The notes under the pieces are model-generated. The model ran no database searches and was not told the DNA's origin. It saw only the letters and a list, made by a program, of their open reading frames with translations. 64,000 bases of DNA from Lytechinus pictus. Taxonomy: Eukaryota. A program made the translations under genes and the position numbers. The stretch covers positions 9,054,001 to 9,118,000 of the forward strand of contig NC_087246.1 of assembly GCF_037042905.1 (NCBI RefSeq), given 5' to 3'. Positions 57,501-64,000 of the stretch are shown piece by piece. Every line of letters starts with the position of its first letter. The first letter of the stretch is position 1.

Positions 57501-60500
57501 GACGTCGGTAAAAATAATCAGCACTACTTGTTCTAAATCGGCGCCGGTCAAGAATAATCAGCGTCCCCTGGTTCCAATAAAATAGGCGCCGGTAGAATAA
57601 TGAAGAAGGGCCTATTGCCAACCAAATCTAGATCGGCGCCGGTCAAGAATGATCAGCGGCACCTGGTTATACATTGTATTGTTGAATGGTCATAACAAAG
57701 CTTATCGCATGCCCTTACAGAGTGGACTGGGGCGGGGCAGTTGCCCACAGAATGACAGATGTCTTTAATTTATTAACAAAATCCCAGAATCATACAAAAG
57801 CGTAGAGCAAACCCCATAATTTTGATCTTATTTTCCAATGCTTTAATAAAAAGAAGGTCAGTCACTTTTCTTCTTTACACATTGCACATTGTGCCACCTC
57901 TATGGCATTTAGTTTAAGACAGCTACTATAGTGTTTTATGAAGATGATTCGATATTTTAGCCCAAAACTTTGCTAAAACAGGTTGCTAGTACCGGGAGTG
58001 TATAATTACGCAACCAGTCGTATATTGAGATTGAGCTACACAACTCGTTCTTTATTAAAAATCGTGCTTAAATTATCCGCTTCTCAGATTGGAATATAAA
58101 AATTTTCAGCTCGCGCTTCGCGCTCGCATGATTTCTGTAGCAAAACCCTATACTTTTCATGATTAAATAGGTGAATAGAATGTCCCTTTTTCAGGACTAA
58201 ACGTCAAAAGAACTCCCGCTTCGATTTGCAATAATATTTTACTGGATATAATCTTGTTCTTTATTACAAACGTCCATTAAACTGTCATTTTTTTCAGATC
58301 GAAATATCAAAAATTTAAGCTCGCGCTTGCATCTATTGTTTTTTTTTAGATACCCATCTTAATCATTGGTACCAAAAATGCATAGAATATCAAGCTTTCT
58401 GGTCAAGATATAAAGAAATTTCAGCTCGCCCTCGGCACTCGCATTATCTGTGTAGTGAGATATGTATCCTCCTCATGAATTACTACAAACAGTCCTAAAC
58501 AGGCACCTTTTTCCTGTTTTCAGGTCAGTATACTAAAAGATTTCAGCTCGCGCTTCGCGCTCGCATTAATTTGTTGGTGAGATATGTGTTTCTATCTCAT
58601 GAGTCATATAAATATATATATATATATTATGCATATGTGTGTGTGTGTTTGTGTGAGTTTGTTTGTTTTGTGTGATATCGAGCGCCTTTGGAAAGTTGAT
58701 TCATGATTTTGCTCCCCAAATCTTAAAAAAAGGATCGACGCTCCTGTGTATATTTATATATACATATAGTAAAAAAAAACTTGTATCTCTATTAATATAC
58801 AATAGTATTGGCCTCATCGTAATAAAAGGGTTAATACACGAGATTTTGAAATCGCACATAACATGCATAATTTGTGTTACTTTTTGCTTGTTTCTTTCTT
58901 TAATAAGTTTTTCAATCTCTCTCTATATATGTTTTAGAAAGATTATATGTTTAAATTGATGTATATTTTCTGTTATAATGACATATGTTTAAGTGGACTT
59001 CAGGGAATGGTCGTACGCAGCAAGGGGGAAGGGGGGGGGGCACATTCGCGATCTGCTGTTGTGAAAATATTTTTCTTTCCCTTAACATTTCATGAAAACT
59101 ATGAAAAATGTGCAAATGTGAGATGTGCACCAAATTTTCGAGTCTTGCCCCCCCCCCCCCCGGAAATATTATCTGCGTGTGGTCATGCAAAATGGCATGA
59201 CTGGAAATCCTATATTTTTAAAAGAACATTTGACAGGGTCAGACTTTATCCCTTTTTCAACATTTTCTTTTATGGCGCCGGTGAAGTGCAAAAATATGTG
59301 CGCCGCTCGGCAGTGCGCCCCCCCCCCCCCCTTTCGCCAAAAGCTGGATCCGCCTATGACACAAATAACAATACATGAGATTTCACGTGGCAGTGATCTT
59401 GGTCTCAAAGTGACTCAAATCGCTTCAACTTCATCAGGCATATTACAAGGAAACGTACGTGGGTGAAAACGATCATTATAGCGTACAAAGCTACTCCTCC
59501 TCCGGCCTTCTGCCGATTCTAGATTGTAAAAATAACTGATAACCGTCTATGGATAAGTGATCGGGAGGTATAGGGTGCGTTTATCCGCCACTTTTTTACC
59601 CTATAATCATGATTCCAATCATGATTCAAATCACGATTCTGCAGAATCACGATTGCGTTTAGTCGAAATTGAATATAATCATGATTAGAATCACAAACAT
59701 GAACTACGAAAAAAAGGGCGTTTGGAAAGACGTTTCTGCAGAATCACGTACGAAAATGTTCGGATAAACGATATCGTGATTTGAATCATGATTATATGAC
59801 GTCATTGTGTCGAGCTATTTCCGGTTCTTGCCAAGGCGCGCGCCCCACGTTGTCACATCACATGTACGTCGCCGACCTCCAATTAAGTGTCCAACGTTGA
59901 CCTATACTTCCTGGGTCAAACTGCGCACTGTGATGCGCACTGGATCGGTCCGAATCCGAGGAGAAACAGCGTTGGAACGAAGGTCGTCTAAACCCTGATT
60001 CTGTAGTAATTGTGATTCATGTTTGTGATTTGAATCATGATTCCAATCATGATTCAAATCACGATTCTGGCTTGAGGTCGGATAAACGCAGCCATATTCT
60101 CATCTGTCCATGCATGTTTCCGTTAATGCGATTAAATCTACTTTCTCGTTTCTAGCAACAAACTTCACTTAATCAGTCTTGTTATTTAGGAAGCGAACAT
60201 TACTCAAAAGCATACAGGGTAAATCAAAAACATTTTCTTTTAACAATGTAACAGTGTTAAGATTATTTGCATGTATATGACATTTCTTTCTCTGTTCTTT
60301 CCGTTCTCTTATCAAGACAGGTATGCTATTTATGTCTGAATTAATTGTTTTCCGTCTTCCTTTGGATCCGCGATGTGTTTTGCGCTTTCGCGAAATACCA
60401 AGTTTGTGGATTCGCTTCCAAACATCATAGTTCAGATTTACTGGTTGACTTGAATGGTAAACAAGATCTGAATGGTAGTAACTTCTTCTCAGTGGGTAGG

Positions 60501-63500
60501 CAGTTGTATTTAACTCTCCAATACTATTGACGTTTAGTCTGCGATGCTCTTGTCGTTCCAGATGTTCATTGTTGTTACATGTATATGGTCCTGGGTTGAG
60601 TTCTATATCTCCACAAATAGTAAGGGAAATCTGAAATGTTGCAGTTGAGTTTGAATAATATTGAGTGTGGTTGCCCAAATATTTCAACTTAAGTTTTCTT
60701 TTCATCAATGAGGGTTGAGTAAAGTGTGAATACTTAGCAGATGTAGAGTTAGTAACACCACAATGAAATGTATTCCATTCACATCCAATCAGGGTTAATA
60801 AAAGAAGAACACCAATGATCAATTTCAATACCATGATGTAAGTACAGCTGTTAATGTCATTTGCATCAAGTTACTGAAAAAAAAACTTTCCATAGATACC
60901 ATCTGTAATCCATCACCATGGAAAAGTCTTGACACTGACTGCATGTAGTTTTGGCAATATGGTGTGCATGTAGACCTGTATCAGGTTCTTCAGCATCCAT
61001 AGCATATTCATTCTCAAATTTCCCGCACAAACCCAGAAAAAAACTCAAAGTTTGTCCACAAGAAGCTGGAAGTTCTAATAAAACAATGTTTGCAATATAA
61101 AAAAGCAGAATATATAATTATCCAGGTAAAATCCAGCAATTCGGAGCTGTATGTTATGGGCAACCTCCAAGGTGCACACCTTATAGATATCTTTTTGAGT
61201 TTCAGGTCACATGACCAAGGTCAAAGGTCGATCCATTTAGTGTCAATGAACTTAAATTATGTTGGGGGAATCAAAACAAAATCTTAACCAATTTTTTTTT
61301 TAATGTCATAACTTTGAAAGTATATGGATCCAGTTAAATAAACTTGGACATAAAAGAGTAGGCTAATCAAGCATGCATCAGTACATATCCTGCGTGTGTT
61401 TCAGTTCACATGACCATTAAGGTCAGTGAAGTTTGGCTTTGTGGGTATTTGTTGAATTGCCATCAAAACTTTGAAATTTTATGAATCTAGCGAAATGTGG
61501 ACATAAGGGTAATGAAGTATACTGATTGCCTTGCACAATAGTCTTCGGTCACATGATCAAGGGCAAATGTCATTTAGGGTCAATGAAAATAGTATATTCT
61601 ATTATCATATGAACGTTATTTTTCTTAATGATCATTCTGAAGTCGTTTTTGTCTCACCTGCGGAGCAGAGTGAGACTAGAAAGGACATAGTTCATGAAAC
61701 TTGGACATAAGGGTTATTAAAATTCTATCTGACTTTGAGGTCACATAAGGTCACATGTCATTTAAGGTCAACGAACTTTGGCCAAGTTGGGGGTATTTGT
61801 TGAATTACCATCACAACTTTCAAAGTTTATGGTTCTGATTCATGAAACTTGGACATAAGAGTAATCAAGTATCATTGAACATCCTGTGCGAGTTTCAGGT
61901 CACATGACCAAGGTCAAAGGTCAATGAACTTTGGCCATGTTGGGGGTATCTGTTGGATTACAATGGTAACTTTGAAAGTTTATGGATCTGATTCATGAAA
62001 CTTGGACATAAGAGTAATCAAGTACCACTGAACATCCCGTGCGAGTTTCAGGTCACATGATCAAGGTCAAAGGTCATTTAAGGTCAACGAACTTTGGCCA
62101 AGTTAGGGGTATTTGTTGAATTACCATCATAACTTTAAAAGTTTATGGATCTGATTTATGAAACTTGGACATAAGAGTAATCAAGTATCATTAAACATCC
62201 TGTGCGAGTTTCAGGTCACATGACCAAGGTCAAAGGTCAATGAACTTTGGCCATGTTGGGGGTATCTGTTGAATTACAATGGTAACTTTGAGAGTTTATG
62301 GATCTCATTCATGAAACTTGGTCATAAGAGTAATCAAGTATCACTAAACATCCTGTCCGAGTTTCAGGTCACATGATCAAGGTCAAAGGTCATTTAAGGT
62401 CAACGAACTTTAGCCAAGTTGGGGGTATTTGTTGAATTACCATCATAACTTTTAAAGTATATGGATCTGATTCATGAAACTTGAACATAAGAGTAATCAA
62501 GTATCATTGAACATCCTGTGCGAGTTTCAGGTCACATGACCAAGGTCAAAGGTCAATGAACTTTGGCCATGTTGGGGGTATCTGTTGAATTACAATGGTA
62601 ACTTTGAAAGTTTATGGATCTGATTCATGAAACTTGGACATAAGAGTAATCAAGTACCACTGAACATCCCGTGCGAGTTTCAGGTCACATGATCAAGTCA
62701 AAGGTCATACAAGGTCACTGAACTTTGGCCATTTTTGAGGTAATTAGATTGCTGTCATAATTTTCAAAGTTTATAGATATAGTTTATAAAATGTGGATAT
62801 AGGCCTAGGGGTAATCAAGTATCACTGACAAGTAGGTTGCATGATCAAGGTCATATGTCATTTATTGTCAATGAACGTAGTATTGTATCATTATATGAAT
62901 GGTGTTTTTTTGTGAATAATTATTTTATAGTAGATTTCAAAATCAGCACTATTATACATTTGGTGATATTCGGGAGTTATATAGGCATAGGGGATAGGTC
63001 TGCATGTTTTGACATATCTTGTTTCCTAAAAGATATTGTCTTAGAAACTTCGATCTCAAAATGCTCTACATAGGCATAAAACTTTCATATTTGTTTCGCC
63101 ATAGGCCTGTACCCTTAAAATATTATAATAGCAAGTTTGTATGATCTTAAAATTTATGTTTTATGTACACACTTAAAATGTTGGGCAACGTACTGTCCTC
63201 TGTGTTGGGTAATGTATGTTGGTAAAAATATTCTGGGCAATTATTATCCAATTGAGCAAATTTATTTCCCAATTATTACTTTTTATTACCCATTTTGGGC
63301 AGATTTTAACAAATTGTTGTGTGGACAGTATGTTGCCCAGGGTTAGTTAAAAGTTTTTGCATTTTTCGCCCAACTATTTTAAGGGTACAGGCCTATGGCG
63401 AAACAAATATGAAAGTTTTATGCCTATGTAGAGCATTTTGAGATCGAAGTTTCTAAGACAATATCTTTTAGGAAACAAGATATGTCAAAACATGCAGACC

Positions 63501-63803
63501 TATCCCCTATGCCTATATAACTCCCGAATATCACCAAATGCAGTGTCCGCTAACAAATATCTATACAAAACATTGTTGTTACATCATGTTTTGCACTCGA
63601 TCTGTCATAATATGGACAGGTTCATTGTTCAGAAGTTGCCCCGGAATCACCAAAGCAAAAACCAATTGATTTACAATGGCGTGGCCCATCTTTACATGGA
63701 CGTTCGCAGTTCATCTTTCTCTCTTTCTGATGTCTCTCTCAATGACACTAATCAACCAGTGGGATATACCTTACAACAGATCTACAAAAACTACCAAAGT
63801 CAG
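51512..63803 (+). CDS. DNASE2: Deoxyribonuclease II family (plancitoxin-like); first two exons, continues beyond the window
   Basis: Exon 1 51512-51618 (MAAKDLVIYFCFFFTPFCLVSCELSCKDPNGDDVD-TG|gtaag) and exon 2 63620-63803 (cag|G-FIVQKLP...GVAHLYMD...SLNDTNQPVGYTLQQIYKNYQSQ|gtatgt). The join restores signal peptide + SC...VDWFIVxKLP, the DNase II N-terminal signature. Confidence 0.9.
51922..52075. mobile_element. Harbinger-like hairpin MITE (DNase II intron 1)
   Basis: TACCTTGGTCACATTTGCTCTACGGCGGCCGTA inverted pair, TWA flanks. Confidence 0.75.
52756..53318 (+). mobile_element. HINE 5' part (host of the LINE); contains a short retroelement 3'-end insertion at about 52866-53093
   Basis: HINE 5' hairpin and repeat units break at the LINE TSD and resume at 61187. 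The inner insertion ends in AATAAA...(AATC)n. Confidence 0.75.
53514..56451 (-). pseudogene. LINE ORF: C-terminal part of APE endonuclease, reverse transcriptase and C-terminal domain (frameshifted, MITE-interrupted)
   Basis: ORF-track pieces 54763-56466, 54591-54881 and 53514-53945 join into one APE-RT reading once the 54037-54619 insertion is removed (VDTL-KILGVYIQHNLKW) and frameshifts are allowed. Confidence 0.92.
54037..54619. mobile_element. Kolobok-like MITE inserted in the LINE ORF
   Basis: TTAA TSD; excision restores the LINE reading frame. Confidence 0.92.
56452..59358. mobile_element. 2.9-kb non-autonomous hAT-like element with 5-bp TSD and internal minisatellite
   Basis: CAGTGGCGGATCCA / TGGATCCGCCTATG termini, ACACA TSD; excision restores SCIVICVMYFPP in the APE domain. 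Confidence 0.88.
56725..57670. repeat. ~21-bp GGCGCC-core minisatellite with 124/103-bp higher-order units
   Basis: ATCAAG(G/A)AT(A/T)AT register at 56765, 56891, 57015, 57118, 57242, 57345. Confidence 0.9.
59573..60093. mobile_element. PIF/Harbinger-like MITE inserted in the LINE APE region
   Basis: ATA TSD, GG(G/C)TGCGTTTATCCG TIRs, internal AATCATGATT repeats. Confidence 0.85.
60169..60834 (-). pseudogene. LINE ORF N-terminus: hydrophobic leader, 2A-like peptide (GDIELNPGP, 60586-60612), basic region, start of APE domain
   Basis: 221-aa ORF MVLKLIIGVLLLLTLIGC...YYSNSTATFQISLTICGDIELNPGP...LGISRKRKTHRGSKG...LPCMLLSNVRFLNNKTD*; the frame continues past the stop into DLIALTET. Confidence 0.88.
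61187..61645 (+). mobile_element. HINE 3' part resuming after the LINE
   Basis: GAGTTTCAGGTCACATGACCAAGGTCAAAGG continues the repeat unit broken at 53318. Confidence 0.75.
61646..62950 (+). repeat. HINE copy with expanded tandem array (alternating 153/163-bp monomers), 3' end missing
   Basis: GAGTTTCAGGTCACATGA recurs at 61890, 62043, 62206, 62359, 62522, 62675. Confidence 0.88.
62957..63540. repeat. 166-bp inverted repeat, no mismatch seen (62957-63122 / 63375-63540), 252-bp spacer
   Basis: Arms read as exact reverse complements by eye; no TSD. Confidence 0.92.
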
Positions 63804-63876
63804 GTATGTACATTATATTCCATTGACCTCTCCAAGGTGTGAAATTAAATTGGAACAGTGATGTTGATTCCCGGGC

Positions 63877-64000
63877 ATAGGCGGCGGAAGCAGGGGGGAC
63901 CTGTCCCCCCTAATTTTTTTCTGGTCCCCTCCCCCCTAAAATGTTGGTTGATAACTTTTTTTTTTTTGCTTGTCAAATTTTTTACCTGTGTCCACCCCAA
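63877..64000. mobile_element. Start of a CATAGGCGGCGGAAGC-type MITE (related copy begins at 9898)
   Basis: Shared CATAGGCGGCGGAAGC-G(n)-AC..C(n)TAATTTTT and TTTGCTTGTCAA motifs. Confidence 0.6.

Larger units (their letters stand above)
53319..61186 (-). mobile_element. Apparently full-length but disabled CR1-group non-LTR retrotransposon (single ORF: leader-2A-APE-RT), interrupted by three DNA transposons
   Basis: APE motifs (LLSNVRFLNNK, IALTET, GGGVALY, GDMN, LDKI, SDH) and RT motifs (DFSKAFD, GVPQG, YVDD); C-terminal IRPVLEYC. Candidate 10-bp TSD acatcctttt (53309-53318) / atatcttttt (61187-61196). In-frame stop at 60169-60171 plus frameshifts. Confidence 0.92.

Noticed and set aside
56725..57670. 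Possible CRISPR-like array
   Set aside because: The intervening sequences are themselves repeated, there are no cas genes, and the context is a eukaryotic intron; it is a minisatellite.
60866..61048. 60-aa ORF upstream of the LINE ORF as a possible ORF1
   Set aside because: Non-ATG start, short, no recognisable motif; treated as 5'UTR unless conserved across copies.
63438..63619. 5' part of the 134-aa ORF as coding sequence
   Set aside because: DNase II similarity starts only at the acceptor at 63620; the upstream part is intron, partly overlapping the inverted repeat.

Overview
AT-rich, repeat-dense animal genomic DNA. An echinoderm (sea-urchin-like) source is inferred from the repeat types and protein character and is not proven. 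Five spliced genes were reconstructed by hand with GT-AG introns and consistent phases: NSRP1/CCDC55 (-, 3' end runs off the window start), PFDN6 (+), RPS5 (-, with a TCT/5'TOP first exon), SURF2 (+), and the first two exons of a DNase II gene (+; its exon 1 is absent from the ORF track). The rest is mostly non-autonomous DNA transposons (Kolobok-, piggyBac-, Harbinger-, hAT-, MULE-, CACTA- and Tc1-like MITEs), Helentron-associated (HINE/DINE-1-like) elements with ~160-bp internal tandem repeats, and SINE/LINE remnants. The most notable object lies antisense in the 12-kb DNase II intron 1: a reconstructable, apparently full-length ~3.85-kb single-ORF CR1-group LINE. Its polyprotein starts with a signal-peptide-like leader followed by a virus-type 2A ribosome-skipping motif (GDIELNPGP), then APE and RT. 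The LINE is nested in a HINE and is itself interrupted by three DNA transposons. Superfamily calls rest on termini and target-site duplications (TSDs) only; no database search was run.
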